From a virus (Duplodnaviria; Caudoviricetes), in IMG/VR virus record IMGVR_UViG_3300031519_000068, positions 1-40,258 of that record: 40,258 nucleotides of DNA. One strand, written 5' to 3'. This document shows, piece after piece, positions 22,446-32,870 of this stretch (its first letter is position 1; the number at the start of each line of letters is the position of its first letter). A program made the translations under genes and the position numbers. The notes under the pieces were generated by a model that was given only the letters and a program-made list of their open reading frames with translations, ran no database searches and had not been told where the DNA came from.

Positions 22446-25400
22446 TTATTTACTACTTTCAGTTACTTCAGAACCCACTGAGAATAACTCAATTTTCCCT
22501 GTAGAATTGTTTTCAAATTGAACATCCGCAAAATACCCAAGTAAACTAGATGTATTGATAGCGTGATTTTTTGCAAACATAATGTAATCATCTGCCACAG
22601 GTGCAGAATCAATAAGATTAACAGTTATTGTATCGTTTGTTATAGCAGTAACATCTCCATATTTAATTATATTACTAGAATCTATAGTATTAAAGAGACC
22701 GTTAATAGTAGGAGTTTGGAAATATATAATATCACCAATTTGTAATGATGCGTTAACGTTATCGCTAAAAGTTAATACATCTGAACTTATACTAGATAAT
22801 GTACCGATTCCTTGTATATCGAAAGCACCAAAATCTGTGTCTGATGTTATATCAGAATCTACACCTTTAATATAGTTAAACCATTTTCCTTCTTTTTCTA
22901 TAAATTCAAGTATACTACCCTCTTGTTTGTCTGTTATTATGTTACTAGCAAACCAACCATCATTAGGCATTGAGTTGGAGTGATTAACGATATCTTCTTG
23001 ATCTTGAGTTGTTATAATGTCTCCAATTTCAAAATCTCCTGCCTCTTGAGTTGTTAAATTTATGGCATGTATTCCATTGGAATTATTATAAATTCTAATT
23101 GGACCGCTGTATATTAAACTATTGTTTCTATATTGTTTTATATCCAAATCAATTTCAAAATTAGAAGTTGTAAATGGTGTGCCGCTCAGCATAAGCATTG
23201 TTTGTATATCCCAATTCCAAAAATATTTTCCATCAGGTGAGAAAGTAAAAACACCATTGGGGTTAATTATCATTGTGACCTCTATACTTTTAATACCTTC
23301 AACTCTAGATTGACTACCTTCGTAGTTAAGCGCATGAAAAGTCTTGATAGTTCCAGGTAAATCATTTAGCAAAACATTTACACTTGAGTTGTAATCAACT
23401 CCATAAAAATTATTTCTATTAGTATTTTCAATATGATGCTTATATAATTTACCGCCAAGCGTTGAGTAGTAATCACTAGCCATACTCAAAGCGTTCTCAG
23501 GAACAAAAGATTTGAAACTCACCCAACCTCTTACATCTTCTTTAAAAGATACTGTTATAGGATCGCTTACAACAGGTTTTAGTGATACATATTTTACTCT
23601 CAGTTGTTTAACAAATGTAGCTCCATTAGACATTTCTACATAAAACGCCATACTAGTATCGTTGTTATTGGCTGCTTGGTTGAAGGTAAAAACATTAGTA
23701 TATTCGCCAGAACTATTTATATCAACGTTTTGGTAAGTATCGTAATAAGGTCTATAATCTGCATTACCACCACTCGCATTATTTCCAATCATAAAAATTT
23801 TACTAACACCAGCACCTCCGTTATCAATGTCAGAAATCCCAACTTTTAACTCATATGTTTCGCCATCGACCAAATTAAATCCTAGCTGTTTCCAGTGTGG
23901 ATAATTGTCCGTGCCAACCGTTCCACCAACCCCGCTTGACGTAAGAAGTACGCCTGATTGACTGTAGTCCGCGGATACTGCACTGCTAGTTTGCCAAAAA
24001 TTACCGTCTACCAGCTCATTATTTTTTAATAACTCTTCTCCTAAAACTTTTCTATCAGCAAGTGTGATATTATATTCGTCGTTCCTATCATCGTAACTGC
24101 CTATAAGTTTAGTTGATAATTTTAAATTATCTCTAAACCAATCTTTCATACCGTGGTCTGATATTGACGTTAATCCATCTTTTGACAATCTCATTACTGC
24201 TCCTCTAACTCTATCCGTGAAATAAATTCGATATGATTCCGACGCAAACGATTCTGGATTTTTAGATATACCAAACTCACCACTGAACGGCATTGCTTGG
24301 CCTAACACGTTGTTACTAGCTATTAATTGTGGGTTTCCGTCTGCATTATACAAGGCATCTTTGTTGGCTAGGATTTTCAAAATTCTATCCTCACACAGTG
24401 TTATTAAATCACCATCAGCAGTGGATCTAGAGTGTAACTTTTGAATGCTACCATATATTGGGTTTATATCCTTCGTTATTTTCTCTGCCGCTATGAACTG
24501 GTTTAAGTCATTAACTCCACTGGTTGAATTATATATACCTGAATATATTAACCCATACTTCCTACGCTCTTCCTTGTAGTCTTCTAGCAAAGTAGTGGAG
24601 GCTTTTACTCCATTTGTAATATAAGGCTTGTTATAAGTGTCTCCGATGCGATTAGATTCAACTCCATTTCCAAAGCTCCAGCAATTAAACCAACCTAAAC
24701 CAATTTTGTTGGACATCATTACTATTATACTAGAGCTCATAATACTACCAGTGGCGCCCGTATCTGACCTAGTATAAATTGTTCCATCATCGCTAATAAA
24801 AAAACTACCCCCACCAGGTTGTATTACTTGTTGGAGGTTGGTTATTGCAAAACTACCATCGTCATTATAAAATCTAATTTCTGTACCTTCATTGTTATTC
24901 CCGGTATCACCGTAATAATCGGCTTGGTTTGGCGTTGATAAGTTTATTCTCCAACTATTAGGGTATGCATCTACTCTCGTTATACCAGTTACAAAAACAC
25001 CTTCATTCACAGCCTCGAGGCTAGCCTCAGCACCAGGTACTCCAATTTGCATTATAGCTCCTATTGTGATAAGATCATGTACGTTTAATGAAGTTACATT
25101 AGTTGGCTTTTTACCAGATGCTTCGTAATATATATCTAAACCAACATCTTCTTTTGGCTCTGTTTCAAATATAGCGGGATATGAAGTTAATACATTTTCT
25201 TTTGTAGTACTAAACTCCTCAACAAACTCTAGCCTTTCAGCAGAACTTGCGGACATGTTTGAGAAAGAGTTATTATCCGTGAGATTACTCGCCACGAATG
25301 CTTCGCCATCTGCTTGTGTCCCCGGGTCGTTTACCACCTCATACTTAATAAGGTAATTCCACCTACAGTTTAATGGGTCAGTTATACTACGATGTTGTAT

Positions 25401-28400
25401 GTGTTTAGCTGTGTAGTGTAAAAAAGGATCACCACTAGTATGCAAGGTGAACTCATTTACTTGCCTGACAAGCCCATCTAAATCAGGTGGATCTATAGTG
25501 TTAACTAAGTGATCCGGAGCGCCACTCGTATTGGCATCACCCCAAGTCTTATTATCTGGAGCACCATAATAACCACCAAGATGGTGCAGGTTGTTTACCA
25601 ATTGGCCCTCGCCATCGTACCACATTTGCGGATACTCTAGAATACCATTTATTGTGGTTAATACACCAGCCTCATCCCAACGTATTTTACCCATATAATT
25701 ATATAACCTTCTTTTTGTTACCCCTAGGATCTTGTATATAGTGGAATCTCCCCGTAGTTTAAACAGTTTACCATAACCTAGGTTTTTGACTATGTTTGCT
25801 TGGTTAGACGTAGCAGAGTTAGAACTGACACCAACCCCCCAATTTTTATCCTGCACAAAAGCATCCCAATAATATTGCCTATATTGTCGAGCTATAAAGG
25901 GATCGCCTGCTGGCGGAGTGCCGATAGTGTAAGACGCTCCATTAGGTTTCGGGTTAATACCGCTATACGATAAGTGTAAATAAAGATCTGTCCCTGCGCT
26001 GTAACCACTTAAAGCATCGTCAGCTAATTCCGCCATATCATATGTTGCTGCATGTACACCTTTTAGTTTTACGGCCCCTTTACTCGCCCCAGTACCCCAA
26101 TTTCTAGTTACCACCTCAAGATATGGGGCATGGTAACCTGCGTTACCCGCATTAGGGTAGGGGGAATTAGGCCCCGAGCCATCCGTCCAATCAATTAACG
26201 CGCCTTGATTAAAATTAGCATAAGCGGTAGGTAAGTCCGTATCGCATAAATCTGTACTACCATCACCACCCCGCGTGACAGAGTATTTAGGGTGGTTTTG
26301 ATTAGCTGGTTGCACACCTGCAAACGCTGTTTCATCTATAAACCACCTATCGTTATCTTCTCCACCTAAATTACTTAGCCAATGAGCACGTGTCATACTC
26401 TCGGCTTGCCCTGTTTCCCCCGCGTTTACGTTAGTACCGTCTTTTAAGTGGTATAAATAATTTATAGCAGCGACGGTCATATAGCCATCCTCAGGAGTTT
26501 CTTCATTAACTCTTAGCGCTGCAGCCAGCGCTTCATCCTCTATTATTTTAACAAAAAACCTACCATCAAACTCCGGTTTGTTTTTTACTTCTTCTTTATA
26601 GAAATGAGGACGTAATTGTCCTCCGTATGGATAGCCACTTCCAGATCCGTAAGTTCCTGTGGCAAGATATTCAGTGAGCCAAGCTTCTGACTGTGGGATA
26701 GTTTCTGATATTGTTATTCTATATAAATCGTGGCCATTGTATCCCTCGTCTGCAGTCTCTTCTGGAATAAGCTCAATACCGGTGACTCTATACTTATTGG
26801 ACATAGTGATTGGGGATTGACCCCAACTAACATCATCAACTTTAAATCTATTTGAAAATGACACATATATGTCGTTATCGCGCCTAGTGTCCCAGATACC
26901 TGTCCCTTCATCATTTGTTAAAGCCATCATCCCGCAGTGGTAGGATTCATTACCTGTATGTTCCCACCACTTCTTATTTATAGTGAAACTTTTAGTTCCG
27001 GGGAAAGGCCCCTCCGCAGGAAGTTCAATCTTATAATCAGTATCAGTCGGGTTTGATCCATCATCGTAATTACCCCCAAACAAAGTTACGCCATCAATCT
27101 TATTTGTTATTTCAGCTAGCACCGTGTACTCTGTTTTTATGTAGTCCGGAGCTTCGTTTTCAATAGCCACAACTTTATATCTAGCTTCGTCAAGTACCGC
27201 TTTATTACCACTATAATTTCCATCTTCATCTTCAATGTTAGCGCCCCCAACACCCTTTTTTAGTATTAAGTAAGTATCCTCATCTATTTTATTTCTATCA
27301 ATTGAAGGAAACGAAATCCAGACATTACCGTCCTTAGCATCATACATACGTCCCATGGGTAAGTTATAATACTCGTTAGCCGTTTCCTTTATGTACATTT
27401 TGTAGTATTCGGCCCAATGCGGGTGCTCAGTCTCTACACTCGCTACGATAGCATTAGCTGTAGCACTCGATGGTTTAGCGATAAACTGATAAGCACTTTC
27501 ATTGGTAAACACAGGGGTTTCTCTGCCGTATTTATCGCCATAAACCACCCCTAAATTATATGTTCTCTGTGATTTTACCGAGTGCACGGGTTCATTCCCT
27601 TGCGGTTGCATTAACCTCTCATATCGCGTTGCATTAATAACAGGGTTTATCTTATACTCCCCACTATCTCCGGTCCCTAGTAAATCATACCCTTGCATAT
27701 AGTTTCCATAAACAACTCTGTTACCAGTAACCTCTTGTGCTAACGCGGTTTTTGGAACATTATCCCAAGGTCTTATTAGTTGGTTTGATGGTATTTGTGC
27801 GTATACATTTTCTGTTTTTATAACGTATTTATTGTACTTGGAAGTATTAGTGACATCCCACTCATCATCACTCTTATATATACTCTTTACTACATAAATA
27901 TTTGGTGAGAATTCATTTTTATACAGTAAGTCAATACCTACAACATCTGTTGGTATATCTGCCGCCACAAAGTCCTTTAGAGTTAACTCTTTCAGGTTAT
28001 TAACCATTCCTTTGTTGTACGCTTCGGTTGGGTGGTATTCAAATTCTCCGGGGAAAAAAACCACCTCTGAGAATGGGCCCACTGAAGAATACTCATTATC
28101 TTCATACTTGTATCGACAAGCAAATCTAGGAAACTTTCTTTCAAATATGCCTACTTGCTCTTGCTCTAGTTCAAAGTAGTACTTATTATTTGAAGAGTGC
28201 TTAACGTACGAAGCCACAGATACTCTTAATGCCGCTTCATGGCTATAGGCGATAACGTCAGTTGGGTAAGATGTTGCAAAATTATTTTGCGCTTGGGTAA
28301 CACGTTTTGTACCATCACCACTATTGTGCACCTCTTTAATCAATAGCCTTGCAATTGGTGTTTCTATTAAACCAGTTGAAGGATTAATCGTTGGAGCATC

Positions 28401-29588
28401 ATACCCGCTGTAAACCCTAAGTATATCTCCAACCTCTAAGTTCAGTGCTGTTCCAATATTACCAGTGGAACCACCCGTGTCGATCCCAATCCACATCTCA
28501 TCTCCATCTACCACTTCTTCATAAGAGTTGCCAGATGGGTGAAAATGAAATTGTTGTTTTATATTCCCTTCAATCCTCCCGGTTCGAACACCTGTGATGG
28601 TATCAAGGTTAGGTGATTTAGTTGGAGGCTTTTTGATAACCGTTATATGCTCTTCTTTTATCGGTCCCTCATCACTACCCTCAACAATTAGATTGGTGTG
28701 GGTCAAGCCACTAACATCTGTACCCGCCTTACATCTAGCAATGTTAATTTTTTTAGGCTCGTTAACATTATCTGTCCATAACAGTAAGTCATCAATTATA
28801 TTTATACCAGTAATTGTATTGTTTAATTTTCCAAACTTTAAGACATCACCAATAGTATCAACTAAAACCGGTGTTATAGAATTAGTTTTAGAATCATATT
28901 CGATTATAGCGGACATGCTCTTTTTTACAGACACGTAGCTGATAATAGCTCCGTTTGTAAGAGTGTTAGCAGTAGATGTACTAGCATTAGCATTAGAATG
29001 AGGGTAATGATATATTTTGAAGCGCGTAGTGGCAGTGGTGTTTGCGATAAAGGAAGATTTGTATGTTCCTGCTATGCCTATTTGGCTTTGAGGCATTAGA
29101 CGTGGGTAATTGAAACCGTCATTCACTCCTAACCCAACTCCATCGTCTATACTGTCGATTACAATCTCTACGTCATATCTTTGCCCATCTACTAAAATAA
29201 AATCATCCGCTTGTAAGTGAGAATAATTACCATCATCATTAAATTGATGTCTTCCTGATCCTACTCTAGGTGATCCTGCGTTACTTGTCGACCAGCCATT
29301 AAGTGAATTTAAATTTGGAGATGTAACTAGTTCTTTACTAGCTACAAAGTAATATAATTTATCATTTTTTTCATCAGCAATTGACCCTATGGAGTACATG
29401 TCATCAAGAAAAGACTGACCTGTAACCAAAGAGTTACCTAGTATATTTTGAAGCGTCCCAACGTCAGATCCTTCTGAAGTTGATACCTGTACGTTTAATG
29501 CGTCTCTATATTCTCCATTAGGAACAAGTCTCTCATCGAGATCTTTATTCATCTTTCCCTTCGTGAAGTTATGCTTAATTTCTGGCAT
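22446..29588 (-). CDS. Tail stabilisation / nozzle (muzzle) protein, crAss/P22 gp10-like, with large insertions
   Basis: N-terminal FTKGKMNKDLDERLVPNGEYRDALNV; FACRYKYED.EYS; EFGISKNPESFA..YFTD..RGAV.RLS.DG; KEGKWFNYI. Confidence 0.8.
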   Translation of the reverse strand: MPEIKHNFTKGKMNKDLDERLVPNGEYRDALNVQVSTSEGSDVGTLQNILGNSLVTGQSFLDDMYSIGSIADEKNDKLYYFVASKELVTSPNLNSLNGWSTSNAGSPRVGSGRHQFNDDGNYSHLQADDFILVDGQRYDVEIVIDSIDDGVGLGVNDGFNYPRLMPQSQIGIAGTYKSSFIANTTATTRFKIYHYPHSNANASTSTANTLTNGAIISYVSVKKSMSAIIEYDSKTNSITPVLVDTIGDVLKFGKLNNTITGINIIDDLLLWTDNVNEPKKINIARCKAGTDVSGLTHTNLIVEGSDEGPIKEEHITVIKKPPTKSPNLDTITGVRTGRIEGNIKQQFHFHPSGNSYEEVVDGDEMWIGIDTGGSTGNIGTALNLEVGDILRVYSGYDAPTINPSTGLIETPIARLLIKEVHNSGDGTKRVTQAQNNFATSYPTDVIAYSHEAALRVSVASYVKHSSNNKYYFELEQEQVGIFERKFPRFACRYKYEDNEYSSVGPFSEVVFFPGEFEYHPTEAYNKGMVNNLKELTLKDFVAADIPTDVVGIDLLYKNEFSPNIYVVKSIYKSDDEWDVTNTSKYNKYVIKTENVYAQIPSNQLIRPWDNVPKTALAQEVTGNRVVYGNYMQGYDLLGTGDSGEYKINPVINATRYERLMQPQGNEPVHSVKSQRTYNLGVVYGDKYGRETPVFTNESAYQFIAKPSSATANAIVASVETEHPHWAEYYKMYIKETANEYYNLPMGRMYDAKDGNVWISFPSIDRNKIDEDTYLILKKGVGGANIEDEDGNYSGNKAVLDEARYKVVAIENEAPDYIKTEYTVLAEITNKIDGVTLFGGNYDDGSNPTDTDYKIELPAEGPFPGTKSFTINKKWWEHTGNESYHCGMMALTNDEGTGIWDTRRDNDIYVSFSNRFKVDDVSWGQSPITMSNKYRVTGIELIPEETADEGYNGHDLYRITISETIPQSEAWLTEYLATGTYGSGSGYPYGGQLRPHFYKEEVKNKPEFDGRFFVKIIEDEALAAALRVNEETPEDGYMTVAAINYLYHLKDGTNVNAGETGQAESMTRAHWLSNLGGEDNDRWFIDETAFAGVQPANQNHPKYSVTRGGDGSTDLCDTDLPTAYANFNQGALIDWTDGSGPNSPYPNAGNAGYHAPYLEVVTRNWGTGASKGAVKLKGVHAATYDMAELADDALSGYSAGTDLYLHLSYSGINPKPNGASYTIGTPPAGDPFIARQYRQYYWDAFVQDKNWGVGVSSNSATSNQANIVKNLGYGKLFKLRGDSTIYKILGVTKRRLYNYMGKIRWDEAGVLTTINGILEYPQMWYDGEGQLVNNLHHLGGYYGAPDNKTWGDANTSGAPDHLVNTIDPPDLDGLVRQVNEFTLHTSGDPFLHYTAKHIQHRSITDPLNCRWNYLIKYEVVNDPGTQADGEAFVASNLTDNNSFSNMSASSAERLEFVEEFSTTKENVLTSYPAIFETEPKEDVGLDIYYEASGKKPTNVTSLNVHDLITIGAIMQIGVPGAEASLEAVNEGVFVTGITRVDAYPNSWRINLSTPNQADYYGDTGNNNEGTEIRFYNDDGSFAITNLQQVIQPGGGSFFISDDGTIYTRSDTGATGSIMSSSIIVMMSNKIGLGWFNCWSFGNGVESNRIGDTYNKPYITNGVKASTTLLEDYKEERRKYGLIYSGIYNSTSGVNDLNQFIAAEKITKDINPIYGSIQKLHSRSTADGDLITLCEDRILKILANKDALYNADGNPQLIASNNVLGQAMPFSGEFGISKNPESFASESYRIYFTDRVRGAVMRLSKDGLTSISDHGMKDWFRDNLKLSTKLIGSYDDRNDEYNITLADRKVLGEELLKNNELVDGNFWQTSSAVSADYSQSGVLLTSSGVGGTVGTDNYPHWKQLGFNLVDGETYELKVGISDIDNGGAGVSKIFMIGNNASGGNADYRPYYDTYQNVDINSSGEYTNVFTFNQAANNNDTSMAFYVEMSNGATFVKQLRVKYVSLKPVVSDPITVSFKEDVRGWVSFKSFVPENALSMASDYYSTLGGKLYKHHIENTNRNNFYGVDYNSSVNVLLNDLPGTIKTFHALNYEGSQSRVEGIKSIEVTMIINPNGVFTFSPDGKYFWNWDIQTMLMLSGTPFTTSNFEIDLDIKQYRNNSLIYSGPIRIYNNSNGIHAINLTTQEAGDFEIGDIITTQDQEDIVNHSNSMPNDGWFASNIITDKQEGSILEFIEKEGKWFNYIKGVDSDITSDTDFGAFDIQGIGTLSSISSDVLTFSDNVNASLQIGDIIYFQTPTINGLFNTIDSSNIIKYGDVTAITNDTITVNLIDSAPVADDYIMFAKNHAINTSSLLGYFADVQFENNSTGKIELFSVGSEVTESSK

Positions 29589-29591
29589 GTA

Positions 29592-31094
29592 CTAGTGTTT
29601 TATTTGTTTCGATTTACCTCTTAAAATTTGAGTTAATTCTTCTAACTTAATATTTGATAATCTTAATTTTGCTGTCCTAACAGCTGCAAATCTTTCTTTT
29701 TTAAATCTAGGCGCTAGTTGTTGGTGTATTTGTGATGACGATGTAGATAAAATTGCGTGCGCTATCCACTTGTACATTGCCTCCTCAGCAAATTTATGAA
29801 CTTGCATTTCACTATCTGTACCAAGACTGTCACTTATGTAATCTAATATCACAGTTTTTCCAGAAATATTAGAGCTAAAATGAATTTTTCCTAATCTATT
29901 GTTTATATAAAAAGATCCATTAACTTGAGCGTGTTGAGGATCTAATCCATACCTACTTCCATCCATTGGCCAATAAGTATCGTCTTGATAATCATCTTGA
30001 TTTTCAGATGGCGTTCCAGATTTATAATTATTCCAAGTAGCAGATGATTCACCCGTACCTGAAGACAACGCTGACATCGACGATGTGTTAGTTACCACTA
30101 TATCATCTATAGTGTTTGTAGCTGTTAATGAAGCAAGCGTTGTTTGTGGAGTAGTATTAGTGGTAGAAAAAGAACTTCTACTAGTTATAACAACATATAT
30201 TTTTTCGTAACCCGAGACGTCTACGGCGTCGTTATCAACAAGCTCTTCAGTTGAGCTCTCGCCGTTAACCCATTCTAAATACCCGTCGTTTGCGTTTAAA
30301 GTTTGTAACCAGGGTGGATTTAAACTTGGAGAAGATTGACTGCTGTTGGAATAAACGGTGATATATCCATTAGGATTATAATCGTTTGGGCTAATACCAG
30401 TTATTCCAATTTTTAAAGTACCACCAACAATATCAGTAGCAGCTGCCTGAGCCGAACCTAAAGCGGACAATTCTAAAGACGACATACCGGTAACATCTAT
30501 TTCTTGCCAAACACTATATATTCTACTCTGATTCCAATCAAAACCCGCCTGCACGTGTTGTGTAAAGGTTAATAACCCACTTGGGAGTGTTATCGTATCG
30601 TTTTGTGTACTGGAATTATAGTGAGATGATGCTGGGGTATTTGCCAACCAAGGTGGTTGTAGTGGATCGCTAAAATCCATGTTTACACCTATAGCAAAAT
30701 TACTTGGAAAAACATAATTACCATCTACATCTTGCGATACACTGAATGGGTTTGAGGTGCTACTCGTTGGGTATAACGGATGTTTTATACCAGCGGAATC
30801 ACTCCAACTTATTTTAGTATAATTAACGTAGTCATGTGGGAGTATCATTTGTAATGATGCAGGTACAACTATTTCTTGAGCTTTTGTAGATTTAAACGTA
30901 TCGAATGATAGTTCTTGTAAAGCTCTTTGAGCGTGAAAAGCAATATCTAATTTATTTACTTTAGATATAATTTTACCTTCTCCAACATAAGCTATTTGGA
31001 ATTGAGTGATAACATCATCTAAAGATATAAATTGATAATTACCATAATCGCTACCTTGATAGTACTGTTGTAAACTGTCGTCTAATAATCCCAT
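29592..31094 (-). CDS. Tail ring / tubular protein with inserted beta domain
   Basis: LPHDYVNYTKIS and IHFSSNISGKTVILDYISD..VHKFAEEAMYKWI..AKLRLS motifs like crAss-type ring proteins; gene position. Confidence 0.7.
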   Translation of the reverse strand: MGLLDDSLQQYYQGSDYGNYQFISLDDVITQFQIAYVGEGKIISKVNKLDIAFHAQRALQELSFDTFKSTKAQEIVVPASLQMILPHDYVNYTKISWSDSAGIKHPLYPTSSTSNPFSVSQDVDGNYVFPSNFAIGVNMDFSDPLQPPWLANTPASSHYNSSTQNDTITLPSGLLTFTQHVQAGFDWNQSRIYSVWQEIDVTGMSSLELSALGSAQAAATDIVGGTLKIGITGISPNDYNPNGYITVYSNSSQSSPSLNPPWLQTLNANDGYLEWVNGESSTEELVDNDAVDVSGYEKIYVVITSRSSFSTTNTTPQTTLASLTATNTIDDIVVTNTSSMSALSSGTGESSATWNNYKSGTPSENQDDYQDDTYWPMDGSRYGLDPQHAQVNGSFYINNRLGKIHFSSNISGKTVILDYISDSLGTDSEMQVHKFAEEAMYKWIAHAILSTSSSQIHQQLAPRFKKERFAAVRTAKLRLSNIKLEELTQILRGKSKQIKH

Positions 31095-31098
31095 TTAT

Positions 31099-31869
31099 TT
31101 ATTGTTTTTCTTGTTGAATTTGCGCCGTTACTAAACCAGCTGCGGTTTGTACGAGTTGTGGTTTTTCTATAGCAACACCAGCAAGCGCTAATATTCTATA
31201 TACTAATTCAGATTCTTCTGATGGATGGAGTTCAAAATTTGTTGATGTAGTCGAATTATAAAGAGCTTTATCGTTTACAACTACATAACCCCAATTTGGT
31301 GGCATAGGTTTCCTTGTGTAATACACTTGTGCTATATCCGTGTAACTATATGTGTTACTGTTTAGGTTGAAAATTGATTTGCTTGGGTAAGGTCTAATTT
31401 GCATTATTTTTTTGCCTAATGAGTTTTCGTGCCGCAAATATACAGGTCTTTTTTTATTATATCTTGTTAGAGGGGAGTTGCTGTACACTAAATTTTCTTT
31501 CCATGTTTGTGGCTCAGCAACTACAAAAGTAGGTTCTCCTGAATACTTAACAATAACAGAACCTATTCTATGTAGATCACCTATATCATCAATATCAATA
31601 TTACCATAATCATCAATAACATTAGCGTTTTTTTTATATGCGTTGAACAAATCAATCTTCTCTTGTAGATTTGTTAACATGTCTGAATAAGTACTATCGT
31701 TACCATGTTGTCTTGTCCATTGATTTACATCATAAAAATATTGTTCAAATATTTCTATTTGTGCTTGATGGGCAAATAAGTTAAACTCTTGAGGAGTTAT
31801 ATATCCTCTCTGCTCTTTATTAGCTAAAGCTAAAACTTTTTGATATACTCTATCTATACTTACTGCCAT
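31099..31869 (-). CDS. Head-tail connector / ring protein
   Basis: LANKEQRGYITPQEFNLFA.QAQ, YTRKP.PPNWGY, FELHPSE motifs; position between capsid and tail genes. Confidence 0.65.
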   Translation of the reverse strand: MAVSIDRVYQKVLALANKEQRGYITPQEFNLFAHQAQIEIFEQYFYDVNQWTRQHGNDSTYSDMLTNLQEKIDLFNAYKKNANVIDDYGNIDIDDIGDLHRIGSVIVKYSGEPTFVVAEPQTWKENLVYSNSPLTRYNKKRPVYLRHENSLGKKIMQIRPYPSKSIFNLNSNTYSYTDIAQVYYTRKPMPPNWGYVVVNDKALYNSTTSTNFELHPSEESELVYRILALAGVAIEKPQLVQTAAGLVTAQIQQEKQ

Positions 31870-31884
31870 AATTTCTTTTTAGTT

Positions 31885-31923
31885 TGTAGTTTACGATCGC
31901 CCCGTAGAGCGACCGCATCTACA
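31885..31923 (-). promoter_or_regulatory. Intergenic RNA stem-loop with cUACGg tetraloop, no U-tract
   Basis: Minus strand UGUAG-A-UGCGGUCGCUC-UACG-GGGCGAUCGUA-AA-CUACA, three G-U pairs in the stem. Confidence 0.7.
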
Positions 31924-31929
31924 GTTAGA

Positions 31930-32796
31930 TTAATTTAATCTTTTTTCAATATTGGAGTAAATCTCCATACCTTCATCAGTTTTAAACCAAGCGGCTAAAG
32001 CTGAGTAAGGATGCTCATCAAAAGGAACATTCATTAGTTTTCTATCATTAGATCCCCATGAAAAAGTTCTTTGATCAGAGGATAATTTTAATATACCCAT
32101 TTCAGTTGCTTTGATACCAAAGTTTCTAAGTACAACGTTCTCATCATTTACTAGTTCTAAGAACAAACCTGGGTTTCTCTTAGCATATAATAGTAAATCT
32201 CTTTTAAGTTCCTTAGAGCTCATGCTAGATACTTTAGATCCCATTTCAACACGCATAACAGCTTCAGCCATATCTATGTCTAGGTTCTGAGCCGCATTTA
32301 AGGCTTCGATTTCCATTTCTATTACCTCAACTTCATTAGATGCTATAGCTTGAGGCTTGTGCTCTACGAATAATCTACCCCTGTGAGGGTGGTACATTGA
32401 TAGTAGTTTTTGTAAAACTGTTTTGTTTTTTGGAACAAATAAAGAACCATTACTAAAAATAATATGCTCTAATCTTTGGTCACCCTTCATTTCGTCAACA
32501 AAAGAAGTTCTTTGATTAGACGTGTACTTTAACTCTCTCTCGTATCCTAGCTCTTCATCAAAATAATGTATATTACTACCTCTTATTAGGTATGTTAACG
32601 GGGATTTTCTTCCAGTTAAATAATACATTCTATCCTTGATTTCCCAAGTGTCTTTTTTTGGTTTTGGAATTTCCACAACCGTTTTTTTCTTTGGTTCTGC
32701 AACTACAGTGTCTTCAAAGAATTCTGTAACTACTTCTTCCATTGTTTCTATTTGAGGCTCTACCTCAACTTTCTTTGTGTTAGCTTTTTTAGCCAT
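31930..32796 (-). CDS. Conserved hypothetical protein downstream of major capsid gene
   Basis: 288 aa; charged disordered N-terminus, helical C-terminus; position matches the post-MCP conserved gene of crAss-like phages. Confidence 0.65.
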   Translation of the reverse strand: MAKKANTKKVEVEPQIETMEEVVTEFFEDTVVAEPKKKTVVEIPKPKKDTWEIKDRMYYLTGRKSPLTYLIRGSNIHYFDEELGYERELKYTSNQRTSFVDEMKGDQRLEHIIFSNGSLFVPKNKTVLQKLLSMYHPHRGRLFVEHKPQAIASNEVEVIEMEIEALNAAQNLDIDMAEAVMRVEMGSKVSSMSSKELKRDLLLYAKRNPGLFLELVNDENVVLRNFGIKATEMGILKLSSDQRTFSWGSNDRKLMNVPFDEHPYSALAAWFKTDEGMEIYSNIEKRLN

Positions 32797-32816
32797 AATA
32801 TAATATAATATAAATT

Positions 32817-32855
32817 AATAAAATAAAAGGGTCGAGGCCAAAGCCCCGACTCTTT
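32817..32855 (-). terminator. Rho-independent terminator after major capsid gene
   Basis: Minus strand AAAGAGTCGGGGC-TTTG-GCCTCGACCC-TTTTATTTTATT. Confidence 0.8.
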
Positions 32856-32870
32856 AAATATAAATAGTGC

